Part shown: one piece after another, positions 1-9,388 of the stretch | Numbering within the stretch: the first letter of the stretch is position 1 | How the letters are laid out: each line of letters begins with the position of its first letter | Assembly (NCBI GenBank): GCA_965200245.1 | Contig: CBDATS010000004.1 | Coordinates: 1,476,791-1,540,790 of the forward strand | DNA from: a bacterium | GTDB taxonomy: Bacteria; UBA8248 | Direction of reading: 5' to 3' | Length of the DNA: 64,000 nt | Position numbers and translations under genes: made by a program | Notes under the pieces: generated by a model | The model's database searches: none | Seen by the model: the letters and a program-made list of their open reading frames with translations, nothing else | What the model was told of the DNA's origin: nothing

Positions 1-308
1 TACACCGCGGCGTTTGCTTGGGCGCCACTGTGCGGCTGTACGCAGGCATGATCCATGCCGAATAGGGACTTCGCCCGCTCGATGGCGAGGGATTCGGCCA
101 CATCTACGAAATGACACCCGCCATAGTATCGTCTCCCGGGAAATCCCTCCGCATATTTGTTCGTCATCACGCCGCCTACCGCTTCCATCACCGCCTTGCT
201 CACGTAGTTCTCGGAAGCGATGAGTTCAAGTTCATCCGCCTGACGATGTTTTTCATCTTCCATGGCAGCGAAAATATCGGGATCTCCCAAGGCAAGTGCC
301 GACGACAT
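1..308 (-). CDS. glyA: Serine hydroxymethyltransferase, 5' part (runs off the window edge)
   Basis: Manual translation from ATG at 308: [13 protein letters not shown]...[12 protein letters not shown]...[17 protein letters not shown]...[10 protein letters not shown], the SHMT signature motifs. Absent from the ORF track because it is truncated. Confidence 0.97.
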   Translation of the reverse strand, partial: MSSALALGDPDIFAAMEDEKHRQADELELIASENYVSKAVMEAVGGVMTNKYAEGFPGRRYYGGCHFVDVAESLAIERAKSLFGMDHACVQPHSGAQANAAV

Positions 309-369
309 CGGCGGAACCTCCAGACTTTCAGGGCGTGGGTAAGCGGTACGGAATTTCCATGGCGAACCG

Positions 370-398
370 AAGCTAACAAACCGGTTCGGGAGCGTCAA
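370..398 (-). promoter_or_regulatory. Putative sigma70 promoter for glyA
   Basis: Minus strand reads TTGACG-17 nt-TAGCTT, about 60 nt upstream of the glyA start. Confidence 0.5.
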
Positions 399-474
399 TC
401 CCGAAAGGCGAATGTGGCATGATTCCACGAGGTGTATAATGCCATTCGCACATCTCAGGAAAAAGGATATTGTC

Positions 475-939
475 ATGTCGAACGAAGCCGGTGATTTGCT
501 CGATATCTCCTCGGACGGGATTCCCGAAACGTCGCTTCCGGCCGAACCGGAAGAACTCGTCGCGTTGGACTCGCTTTGCGACGCCATCCTGTCGAGCGAT
601 GAAAGCCGGGGGGCGGCCATGGATGAGTTGAAGAATCTGGTGGCGCGATATCCGGATGCCCTGTCAGGCTGGGTGGCCATGGGGCGTATTGCGCTCGCGA
701 ACGAGGAAACAATCAGTGCATATGCTTACTTCCGGGTCGCATATCACAGGGGGCTGGACAAGGCCCGCGGCTCGGGCTGGCGCGGCGATGGACGTATTCC
801 CTGGAAAATTTCCGCCAATCAACCGTTTTTGCGTGCCATTCACGGGTTGGGGCAATGTGCCGCCGCAATCGGAGAATCCGACGAGGCGAAACGATGCGAT
901 GAATTTCTGGGGATACTCGACCCGGATCACCCGCTCTAG
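475..939 (+). CDS. DUF3151-family protein
   Basis: [29 protein letters not shown]...NQPFLRA...[11 protein letters not shown] resembles the DUF3151 pattern. Start placed at ATG 475 after AAGGA; TATAAT at 435-440. Confidence 0.75.
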   Translation: MSNEAGDLLDISSDGIPETSLPAEPEELVALDSLCDAILSSDESRGAAMDELKNLVARYPDALSGWVAMGRIALANEETISAYAYFRVAYHRGLDKARGSGWRGDGRIPWKISANQPFLRAIHGLGQCAAAIGESDEAKRCDEFLGILDPDHPL

Positions 940-1050
940 CGGAGCGTTTCCTTCACTCAACGCAGGAAACGGAAGAATGCCTGAATGCCCGGCTGGTCCC
1001 GATGCCGAGACCGGGAAACGGACCCTCTCTCTACAGGCTGAATTCCGTCC

Positions 1051-1377
1051 TCATCCGCCCATGTATTGACCCATGAGGAGGATGAGATCGCCCTCTTTCA
1101 TCTCGGAATCCAGCTTGTGATGGATTCCCAGTAGCGCATCGTTCACGGCGATCTCGAGGTGTTCCGCCAATTCGCCTGTGCCGTTGTGCCAAAGCGCTTC
1201 ATCCAGGGATCGGTAACGCCTGCTCATCTTTTTGAGGACATCCCGGAGCGTGGCGCCTTCCGGAACTTCTTCTTCGAAAATCTTGCGCTCGTTCCCGTCG
1301 CCGCCCACGAACGTCGACGCCCAAGAGATGAACTCTAGACGGACGCAAATTGCCTTGACGCTTTTCGTCTCGCTCAT
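1051..1377 (-). CDS. MoaD/ThiS-family sulfur-carrier protein
   Basis: Ubiquitin-like size, GATLRDVL...IAVND...EGDLI, C-terminal GG; last gene of the AOR operon. Confidence 0.85.
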   Translation of the reverse strand: MSETKSVKAICVRLEFISWASTFVGGDGNERKIFEEEVPEGATLRDVLKKMSRRYRSLDEALWHNGTGELAEHLEIAVNDALLGIHHKLDSEMKEGDLILLMGQYMGG

Positions 1378-1406
1378 GGGCGCTATCCCCGGAATTCAAG
1401 TTCAGG

Positions 1407-3299
1407 CTACGCGTTCGCACCCCACAAGGCTTCGGCGACATCTTCCAGGTCGAGTTCGCGCAAAAGCTCGGGTTTGGGACGACCCGTATCTCTGTCGTAG
1501 CCGGCCGTCTCGTACCAGATGTCGAGCATTTTCTCCCACTGGTCCATTATCGAGACGCCCGCTATCGGCCCATCCACCGGTGTGGAACCGTATCGCCTGG
1601 ATGGCTTCTCGACCTCCGGGCCGATGCCGCAGCGCAGGTTGAATGCGCGCATCAAGGCGTTGATGCGCCGGCCGGTCTGCATCGCTTCATCCTTGTCCAC
1701 GTCCCATCCGGTAGCCGCCTGAATGGAGCGGCACAAGACGTCCATCGGTGCGCGCGTAGTGAACACACATGCCCCCAGAGAATCTTCGTACGCGCGACGT
1801 CCCCTGAGACCGCCCACGTGCTTGGGCACCGCCTCCGCGTCTTGAGGATGCACACGTGCCGGCAGGCCGTAATCTGTCGGGAACACCGGGGGAGCCGTAT
1901 CCATCGTTCCGCCCGAACCCGTGCAGGTATCGATCATCTCCTCCCACCGGGAGCGGTGATCGTGTCCTCTCGGGGAATTGCCTACTTCCGTGTAAATGGC
2001 GCAATCCTGTGCCTCGCCGCCGAGTTTCTCCGCCGCGAGTTTCGTTCCCTCGGCGAGAAGGTCGCCCATACCCTCGCGCTTGCAAATCATCTCGAGCAGC
2101 CTGTTGGCCCCGTCGATATCGCCCCACTCCAGACGGAAGCCCAGGTCCTGATCCGAGATGTAGCCTTTTTGCTGGCATTCCATCACCCAGCCGCAGAGCC
2201 AGCCGAACTCGTTCACGTCCACACAGGCACGGTCGAGCTGGGTGTTCATCCATGTGACCTGCTGTGGGTCGGTGGCGCCAATCGTCCAGCCCGCACCCGA
2301 CCAGCCTTCGTACTCCGGTTCGTCCACGACCTGTCCCTTGTAGGGACCTGAGGTGATGACCTGCATGTGACAATGGTGCATCCCGCACGAACTGCACTGA
2401 TGGCCCCGGTGGTCGAAGCCCTCGCGAAGACCGTTCGCCTCCCATTTCTGTGTTTCCACTTCCTCGGGCCACACATTGGTCGTGTAGTTTCGAATCGGAA
2501 GCGCGCCCATGCCCTGCAGGTTCCGGACGCCGCCCAGAGTGCCGTAGAGATACAGCCCCCTGGTGGAAGGATCGGTCTGCAGGCTGTGGGCGATATCGTC
2601 CGCCGACGCGAAGAGCGCTTTGGGATGGGCGGCGGGAATCGCTTTCGTTCCCCGCTCGATGGCCACCGCCTTCACCTTTTTCTTGCCCATGACGGCACCA
2701 CAGCCGTTCTTGCTCGCCACGTGGCCGTAGTCGCCCTGTATGGCAGCGAAGCGCACGAGGTTCTCGCCGGCGGGTCCAATGCTGTAAACGCTCAAGTTAT
2801 GCCCGCTCAGGTTCAAGGTGTTCTCAAGCGATTGCTGGGTTTCCCAGGTGTCCTGGCCCAGTAACCCGGCAGCGTCTCGAAGCTCCACTCCGTCATCACG
2901 AATGTGGAGATAGACCCAATCGGGCGATTCTCCTTGGAACACGATGGCGTCGTAACCGCAATACTTGAGATTCGCTCCGAAAAATCCGTTTGCCTGGGTG
3001 TTGGTCGCGCCGTTGGTCATCGCGCCCCGTGTCACCACGGTAAGGCCGCCCGTTCCCCACACGGGCAGACCCGCCAAGGGGCCTGTGGCCAGAACGAGCC
3101 GGTTCTCGGGGTCATCCCAACCTACCTCAGGCGGTACTTCTTCCCACAGAATCTTGGCGCCCAGACCTGCGCCGCCCACCCATTTCCTGCGGTCGGCTGC
3201 TTCGAATTTCTCGCTCCAAATCTTCCCGCTCGAGAGTTCGACCCGGAGGATTTCTCCTGCGTATGCGTAATCAGTCAAGGCATCGACCCCCTTGTTCAT
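1407..3299 (-). CDS. aor: Aldehyde:ferredoxin oxidoreductase, W/Mo-bispterin catalytic subunit
   Basis: 630 aa; ILRVELSSG, GGAGLG, PENRLVLATGPLAG, IGPAGENLVRFAAI, GCGAVMGKKKVKA, CSSCGMHHC, EPEYE, LAEG and RAFNLRCG motifs. Confidence 0.93.
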   Translation of the reverse strand: MNKGVDALTDYAYAGEILRVELSSGKIWSEKFEAADRRKWVGGAGLGAKILWEEVPPEVGWDDPENRLVLATGPLAGLPVWGTGGLTVVTRGAMTNGATNTQANGFFGANLKYCGYDAIVFQGESPDWVYLHIRDDGVELRDAAGLLGQDTWETQQSLENTLNLSGHNLSVYSIGPAGENLVRFAAIQGDYGHVASKNGCGAVMGKKKVKAVAIERGTKAIPAAHPKALFASADDIAHSLQTDPSTRGLYLYGTLGGVRNLQGMGALPIRNYTTNVWPEEVETQKWEANGLREGFDHRGHQCSSCGMHHCHMQVITSGPYKGQVVDEPEYEGWSGAGWTIGATDPQQVTWMNTQLDRACVDVNEFGWLCGWVMECQQKGYISDQDLGFRLEWGDIDGANRLLEMICKREGMGDLLAEGTKLAAEKLGGEAQDCAIYTEVGNSPRGHDHRSRWEEMIDTCTGSGGTMDTAPPVFPTDYGLPARVHPQDAEAVPKHVGGLRGRRAYEDSLGACVFTTRAPMDVLCRSIQAATGWDVDKDEAMQTGRRINALMRAFNLRCGIGPEVEKPSRRYGSTPVDGPIAGVSIMDQWEKMLDIWYETAGYDRDTGRPKPELLRELDLEDVAEALWGANA

Positions 3300-4618
3300 G
3301 AAGAAACTGTGATTTCACGCGCCGACGCCGAAGGACGTCCCAAGACGGTTTCCGGCAGCAGGTCGCCTGCGGCACCCGAGGCCAGGAACGCACGTTTCAC
3401 GTCAAACGGATTCCTGCGCAAATGCTCTTTCCATTCGGAGATATCCACTCCGGAGTATACGAGTCCCTTGAGTATCCCCACATCGTTCGTCGTCCAGATT
3501 TCCCGGGTTTTCCCCAGGATGATCGCCCCGGTCAGTCTCCCGCCGTGGAACAGGAGCTTTCTGTAGGCGGGGCGATCGGGGCGCACGGTTTCGAGAACTT
3601 CCGCATCTGCGTCGTCCCATGCGCCAAAACTCGCAATTTCCAAATCGAGAACGTCCACGATGTTCATGAGCAAACTGCCCTTGTACGCGATTTTCTGTCC
3701 CGCCATATTGGCCGCCGCCACGCGGCCATGCTGCATGGCGGTGGGTTCGATAGCGTGCACGACCCTATCACCCGTCACCGCGTCGGGGCCTTCGGCAATA
3801 TCACCTGCCGCATAGATGTTTGCCACGTTCGTGCGGCAATGTTCATCCACCAGGATTCCCTGGTTGGTCTCGAGATCGCTTCCTGCCACCCAGTCGATGT
3901 TGGGCCTGATGCCCGTTGCCATGATAACCAGGTCGACTTCCAGATCGGGGCCTTCCTTGAACTTCAAAAGTTTGGCGTCTCCTTTATCCTCGATGGAGGC
4001 TACCTGTGTCGAGGTTCTCACTTCCACGCCGCGCTCGCTCAGCCAATCCTGAACGATTTCCGCGCCGGCATCGTCTATCATGCGCGGGAGGATGCGCGAT
4101 TCGAGTTCCACGACAGTGAGTTTCACACCTTGGTTCACCAGAGCGTTCAGAATCGTGAAGGCGATGAATCCCGCTCCGATCATCGCCACCCGGGTCCCCT
4201 CCTTCACACCGGACGCCACGGCGCGTGCCTGGGGAAACGTCCAGAAGCTGTGCACGTTCTTCCCGTTCGCTCCCGGCACCGGCGCTTTCACGGGAGAAGA
4301 TCCCGTGGCGATCAGGAGGTTGTCGTATTCGATCTCGTCACCGCCTTCGAGAATGAGCTTGTCCGAGGATGTGTCGATACTTTCGGCACGCGCACCGAGC
4401 CTCGCATCCACTTTCAGTGCGGCGAGCCTGGGAGGAGAGGCGATGTAGACGTGGGACTCCGCGATGTCCCGCGCCAGGTAATAGGGCAGCACCATCCGCG
4501 AATACGGCGTTTCATCCGCAACGAGGATAATCTCCGAATCGCCCTTGTCCAGTTCCCTGAGGGTAGTGATGGCGTTCCATCCGGCGGTTCCGCCGCCCAC
4601 GATGATGTGTCTGGCCAT
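3296..4618 (-). CDS. NAD(P)/FAD-dependent oxidoreductase (AorC-like flavoprotein subunit)
   Basis: IIVGGGTAG, YDNLLIATGS, IGAGFIA, ATGIRPN and IYAAGD motifs; overlaps the aor start. Confidence 0.9.
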   Translation of the reverse strand: MARHIIVGGGTAGWNAITTLRELDKGDSEIILVADETPYSRMVLPYYLARDIAESHVYIASPPRLAALKVDARLGARAESIDTSSDKLILEGGDEIEYDNLLIATGSSPVKAPVPGANGKNVHSFWTFPQARAVASGVKEGTRVAMIGAGFIAFTILNALVNQGVKLTVVELESRILPRMIDDAGAEIVQDWLSERGVEVRTSTQVASIEDKGDAKLLKFKEGPDLEVDLVIMATGIRPNIDWVAGSDLETNQGILVDEHCRTNVANIYAAGDIAEGPDAVTGDRVVHAIEPTAMQHGRVAAANMAGQKIAYKGSLLMNIVDVLDLEIASFGAWDDADAEVLETVRPDRPAYRKLLFHGGRLTGAIILGKTREIWTTNDVGILKGLVYSGVDISEWKEHLRRNPFDVKRAFLASGAAGDLLPETVLGRPSASAREITVSS

Positions 4619-4619
4619 A

Positions 4620-5099
4620 TCAGATCACCCCCGCAAGCGGCCCGGCGGGCGATTTCGCCCGCTCCGCGGCAAAGGGTCCGACCCAGTCGGTCTTGTCGGC
4701 CTCTTGGTAGACAATAGCGTCGGTAGGGCAAACGGACGCGCACGCGGGATTACCCCCGCACAGGTCACACTTGAACGCCTTGTGGGTGTCCATGTCATAG
4801 AACATCGTTCCATAGGGACAAGCGATGGTGCAGAGCTTGCAACCCACGCAAATGTCATCCGCCACGTCTTTCGCTCCAGCAGGCGAGATGCCAATCGCCT
4901 CGACAGGGCACGCCGTCAGGCACCATGCCTCGTCACATTGCGGACACGTATAGGGAGCATAGCTCGTGTGCCCCTCGAACGAAGAGACGCGAATCACCGC
5001 CTTCGAGGGCTGAAACGTTCCTGTCTGCTCGTATGAGCACGCGAGTTCGCACCGCATGCAGCCGGTACACTTCTCGGGAATGATCTTGAGTATTTTCAT
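4620..5099 (-). CDS. 4Fe-4S polyferredoxin (AorA/HydN-like)
   Basis: Four clusters: CTGCMRCELAC, CPQCDEAWCLTACP, CVGCKLCTIACP, CDLCGGNPACASVCP. Start at MKILKII. Confidence 0.92.
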   Translation of the reverse strand: MKILKIIPEKCTGCMRCELACSYEQTGTFQPSKAVIRVSSFEGHTSYAPYTCPQCDEAWCLTACPVEAIGISPAGAKDVADDICVGCKLCTIACPYGTMFYDMDTHKAFKCDLCGGNPACASVCPTDAIVYQEADKTDWVGPFAAERAKSPAGPLAGVI

Positions 5100-5254
5100 C
5101 GCACCCCCACGATTTTCAGAAAGGGTCTCCCGCTCCACATCTCGTGCATCGTGACGCGGGAAACACATTTTTGGAAGAATGAAGACGCACTCATTCTCGC
5201 AGAGAGACACGTCCCCGGTCAAACCAAATTCCTTTTCGGAGGCTGCTCAAAGCG

Positions 5255-6136
5255 TCAGCCGCTCGACGTCACCAAAACGGCCCCGGCCACGACGATGAGC
5301 GTGCCGACCACCAGGCGTTTTGTGATGACTTCCAGATCGCGCAGTATTACTACCGACAGCAACAGAACGAATATCGGCGTCATGCGAACGAGTGGGGAAA
5401 TGACCGCGAGTTGCCCGTCGCGCAGCGAGGTCCAGAACATCACGGCGGAGAATAGCGCGAACAATCCCGCCGGAACGCATGCCCCCGCAATACGCATGCC
5501 CCACTGGAACTTCTGGTCTTGCGAGGCGAAGCGCGAGGAAACAAGCAATCCCACGTTGGCGATGAGCGTGGCCACGATTATACCCAGCCAGGGAGCGTTC
5601 ATGGCGGCCAGCCCCGCCTTTCGGAAATAGGGCGTGAAGCTGAATGCCGCCATCGCGATGAAGGCGAACGTATAACGCCTGAGCGAATACTCTCCCGTGA
5701 TCCGATCCCCGGTGAGCCAGATCATCCCGAGTACGACGAGCAGGATTCCCAGCCAAACGCTGGCGTCCGGGCGTTCACCCAGAATCAAGACGCCCATCAG
5801 GGCAGAGCCGATGGGAGTCGCCGCCACGAGCGCGTTCGTCCTGCTTACGCCGATGTTCTCACTCGAACGGAGAGCGCTGTAGCGCGCCACGAGATTCCCC
5901 GCCACCCCTGTGAAGACGAAAAAGGCGAGAGCGGTCGTCCAGTTGCCCTCGTAACTATCGGAGAGAGGGGAAAAAACGACGGCGAGAACCGCCATCCAGC
6001 CATTCACCCAAAAGATGATCGTGAGTGCCGAGGCGCGTTCCAGCAATCTGCGAACAAGCGTTTGGTTGCACGCAAACAAAAAGGCACCCAGCAAAGCGCG
6101 GATCTCAGGCGATGCCTCCAGAATCAGGTTTGCCAT
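5255..6136 (-). CDS. EamA/DMT-family transporter
   Basis: About 10 hydrophobic segments in two EamA repeats (GVLILGERP; VILRDLEVIT). Start at MANLIL. Confidence 0.85.
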   Translation of the reverse strand: MANLILEASPEIRALLGAFLFACNQTLVRRLLERASALTIIFWVNGWMAVLAVVFSPLSDSYEGNWTTALAFFVFTGVAGNLVARYSALRSSENIGVSRTNALVAATPIGSALMGVLILGERPDASVWLGILLVVLGMIWLTGDRITGEYSLRRYTFAFIAMAAFSFTPYFRKAGLAAMNAPWLGIIVATLIANVGLLVSSRFASQDQKFQWGMRIAGACVPAGLFALFSAVMFWTSLRDGQLAVISPLVRMTPIFVLLLSVVILRDLEVITKRLVVGTLIVVAGAVLVTSSG

Positions 6137-6246
6137 TTCCACACCTCGAGAATCACCCTGAAAACCCGCTCGTGGGCCAGAAGACCGGGAGATGCCTTGA
6201 ACCGCTTCCGAAAGAAACCGTGCGCCGCACTCGAAAGCAACGGCGG

Positions 6247-7131
6247 CTATCGGCCTAGTATGATCAACACGGCGCCTTCCACAGCGAGAAGTCCACCTGC
6301 GATCACGCGCAAATTGATTCGTTCGATTCTCTGATAAAAAATCCAGGAAAAGAGAATCAGGAACAAGATGGAAAGCCGGTTTATGGGAATTACCTCCACG
6401 AGCTTCCCGTTCTTGATGGCGACCCAAAAGGCGTACGCCGATATGATGTTGAAAATACCTGCGCCGAGAACTGCCAGTATACCCTTTTTGCTCCAGGTAT
6501 TGGGCCTGAGTTCATGATTCTCGACGAACGGGATCGAACCGAGCTGGAGAAGCGCGCCCGTGAACGCCGTTGTGGCGATGCCAAAGGCGGGTGAGGGAAT
6601 CGTCTGAAACGCGAATTTGCGCAAAGGCGGAGCGAACGAGAAGAAAAAGGCACCCAGAAGCGGCAGAAGATAATACCAAAGCGGAGCACGCCTGCCCTCT
6701 GTCCCTCTTTCCTGCACCAGAAGTATCGCGCCCAATACGATGGCGAATGTGCCCAGGGCGACCGGGAAGGTCATCGTCTCGCCGAAAAGGAGCATGGCGA
6801 GCAAGGCGCTCCAGATTGGGTGGACCTGGGCCAGAATCTGGGAGCGTGCCATTCCGATGAGCGTGGCCGAGATAAAGTTGATGTTTCTCGACAGGAAATG
6901 AGAGCAAAGCCCCGCCAGAACGAACCATAAAATTCCCTCCAGCGGCCATTTTTCGAGACTGACACCCAGCGCGTAAATCGTCGAGGCGTACGTAAACAAT
7001 GCCAGGTTGCTCAAGAAGGCGAGTGCCTTCGGTCCCACCCACTGAAGAGCACCTCGATAGATTGTTTGCGCCACGGCCAAAAAGACGCCGGAAATGAAAG
7101 ACAACAGGATTGGGGGGAGTGATTCAATCAA
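6247..7131 (-). CDS. EamA/DMT-family transporter
   Basis: 10-TM pattern, LAMLLFGETMT, second repeat ending IERINLRVIAGGLL. Confidence 0.85.
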   Translation of the reverse strand: MIESLPPILLSFISGVFLAVAQTIYRGALQWVGPKALAFLSNLALFTYASTIYALGVSLEKWPLEGILWFVLAGLCSHFLSRNINFISATLIGMARSQILAQVHPIWSALLAMLLFGETMTFPVALGTFAIVLGAILLVQERGTEGRRAPLWYYLLPLLGAFFFSFAPPLRKFAFQTIPSPAFGIATTAFTGALLQLGSIPFVENHELRPNTWSKKGILAVLGAGIFNIISAYAFWVAIKNGKLVEVIPINRLSILFLILFSWIFYQRIERINLRVIAGGLLAVEGAVLIILGR

Positions 7132-7278
7132 GGCCTACCCAGGGTGACAGGGAAATGACTTAAAATGATAAGTGAATATTATGACACGGGAAACCCGCGC
7201 CCGGCATCCACGTCCCGCGCGAATCCAGCCATTGCGTGTTATATTCCCGACTCCCGATTCCACTCGAGGACAGAGAAA

Positions 7279-7953
7279 ATGCCGGAGAACCCACACAGAC
7301 CTGCTACGGAAATTTTCCCCGAATACGCCTTGTTGCCCGAAATGTACGCCAGTGAGGTGGAAGGCTTGTCGCAAGGGCAACTGGATTTGAAGCAAGCCGG
7401 TAAAAGCTGGGGTTTATGGTCGATCCGCGAGCAGGTCAGCCACATGGGTTATGTGAATTACAGATGGTTTTTGGAGGTTTGGGGAAAATCCTTGTTTGGA
7501 GAAGATTTGCCGAGGCCGAAATCCCTGTACGACACTGGCGGTGCGGATCGCCTCCTCGATCCAGAACGATTTCATGAGGTGGACGGACTACTCTCGGCTT
7601 TTGAAGATGGTTGCCGGTTGGCTCTGGACATTCTGAAAAACGAAACCCCTGAATCGCTGCGCGAGAAAACCAAACAAAGGGAAGCTCCCCAGGACTACAA
7701 ATGGCCCTCGGGGGATCGATATATCGACTGGCTGGAAAACGTGGTGCTCAAAACCCACCCCGACGGTTTTTGGCGTGACGAGAGCCGGGACGACCTTTTT
7801 CACTACAACCTGGAGTGGACATTTCGCCATGTGCTCTGGGAAGCGTACGCCCATCTCAAGACCATCCAGATGCACAAACGATCCCAGGGAATCGGGGTGA
7901 AGGTAGCGCTGGATGAAAGCGTGGGTTACCTCGCCGCGCTCACCTGGGAGTGA
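7279..7953 (+). CDS. DinB-family (four-helix, thiol-transferase-like) protein
   Basis: WSIREQVSHM and RHVLWEAYAHLKTI motifs. Confidence 0.65.
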   Translation: MPENPHRPATEIFPEYALLPEMYASEVEGLSQGQLDLKQAGKSWGLWSIREQVSHMGYVNYRWFLEVWGKSLFGEDLPRPKSLYDTGGADRLLDPERFHEVDGLLSAFEDGCRLALDILKNETPESLREKTKQREAPQDYKWPSGDRYIDWLENVVLKTHPDGFWRDESRDDLFHYNLEWTFRHVLWEAYAHLKTIQMHKRSQGIGVKVALDESVGYLAALTWE

Positions 7954-8482
7954 GCATCCGCAACACCAGGTTCTCGGGCGCATCTTCGACCGTGAACAGA
8001 TCCATGTTTTTCCTCCAGATGAAGCCTTCCTTGTGCATGTGACGCAAAAAAACCAGCAAAGGCTCGTAATAGCCACAAATGTTGAGCAGGCCGACGGGCT
8101 TGGCGTGATATCCGAGTTGGAGCAAGGTACTCATCTCCATGGCCTCCTCGAGCGTGCCCAGCCCTCCCGGAAGCGCGATGAACCCATCGGCCAGTTCCGC
8201 CATCAGGGCTTTTCTCTCGTGCATCGTGCGTACCACGCGAAGTTCGGTGACCCCGTGGTGTGCCACTTCCATTTCCATCAACTTGTCGGGAATCACGCCG
8301 ATGATCTCACCTCCGCGTTCGAGCACCGCGTCGGCCAGAATACCCATGAGTCCGACACCTCCCGCGCCGTACACTACACCGATTCCGCGCGCGGCCAAGG
8401 TATGGCCCAGAGTTCGCGCCGCCTCCTGATATTCCGTTCGCACCCCTTTAGATGAACCAGCGAAAACGCATATCCGTTTCAA
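7940..8482 (-). CDS. LOG-family (TIGR00730) nucleotide phosphoribohydrolase
   Basis: ICVFAGS, YGAGGVGLMG, MHERKALM and PGGLGTLEE signature. Confidence 0.93.
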   Translation of the reverse strand: MKRICVFAGSSKGVRTEYQEAARTLGHTLAARGIGVVYGAGGVGLMGILADAVLERGGEIIGVIPDKLMEMEVAHHGVTELRVVRTMHERKALMAELADGFIALPGGLGTLEEAMEMSTLLQLGYHAKPVGLLNICGYYEPLLVFLRHMHKEGFIWRKNMDLFTVEDAPENLVLRMLTPR

Positions 8483-8606
8483 AAAAATTTCCTCCCGACC
8501 GGGACGGCGCCCTGGCGGGAGTCGACGTTCTCCGGCTTTTGGTTTTCATCGCAATTTCTTCTCTGATTAGCGTCAGCCATATTACTACCGCTACACTCTC
8601 TGCGCC

Positions 8607-9335
8607 ATGAACATCCTGATTTGGAATATCATGCACGGTGGCGGACGCCGGGCAAGCAAAATCGTGCAGTACATTCGCAGCGGAAGTCCCGACCTTATCG
8701 TTCTCACGGAATTTCGGGGTACTCCGCCGAGTCGGGAGATCGCCTCCCGAATCGGGGAGATGGGACTGTCCCACCAACTGCGCACAGCATCTGAAAACCA
8801 TCCGGCCAGAAACGCTCTTCTGCTTGCCTCTCGCTGGCCGCTTGAGCGCGTTCGCTGGAGGAATCCGCCTCAACCCGGACAGCGCCGCCTGCTCGCCCGT
8901 GTCCGTGCACCTAGGCCCATTACCGTCACTGCCGTTCACGTGCCCAACCGCGTAAGCGGTATCAAGTATCCCTTTCTTGATGCGCTTTGCGATCTGGCAA
9001 GTCGCAGGCGCGGTGGCGACGCCATCGTAGCTGGTGATTTCAACACCGGGCGAATCGGCGAGGATGAAACGGTGAAATGTTTCAACAGGCGCGAAGACGA
9101 TTTCATGACCACCATGTCGAAAGCGGGATGGGCGGATGCGTATCGTAGCGTTCACGGCCGGAAGCGCGCCTATACCTGGCGCGCCCCCGGGGGTGGAGGG
9201 AGTTTCCGGCTGGACCATGCGTTCATCAATCGAAGCGCGCAAGACAGGCTGCTCGACGCACGCATCGATTGGGTGAAGGGGAAACCGAGGCCGCCCAGCG
9301 ATCACGCCGCATTGTGGATCACGTTGAAAGATTGA
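8607..9335 (+). CDS. Endonuclease/exonuclease/phosphatase family (ExoIII-like)
   Basis: WNI, LTE, GDFN, YTW, RLDHAF and SDHA catalytic motifs. Confidence 0.88.
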   Translation: MNILIWNIMHGGGRRASKIVQYIRSGSPDLIVLTEFRGTPPSREIASRIGEMGLSHQLRTASENHPARNALLLASRWPLERVRWRNPPQPGQRRLLARVRAPRPITVTAVHVPNRVSGIKYPFLDALCDLASRRRGGDAIVAGDFNTGRIGEDETVKCFNRREDDFMTTMSKAGWADAYRSVHGRKRAYTWRAPGGGGSFRLDHAFINRSAQDRLLDARIDWVKGKPRPPSDHAALWITLKD

Positions 9336-9388
9336 TTCGGGAAGTTGTAGAACGAGGTGGTTTCTTTTGAACAAAAAGGAGAAGTTCC

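Noticed and set aside
309-474. ZTP or glycine riboswitch upstream of glyA
   Set aside because: No consensus elements seen, and the predicted promoter leaves only a ~55-nt leader.
3422-4717. 431-aa plus-strand ORF (likewise 9983-11239, 25261-26385, 27585-28721, 49813-50871)
   Set aside because: These overlap well-supported genes on the opposite strand or in another frame and have no recognisable domains.
5100-5254. Moco/Wco riboswitch upstream of the AOR operon
   Set aside because: Only a GCCTCC-like fragment at the wrong end of the leader and one small hairpin; the multi-stem architecture could not be built.
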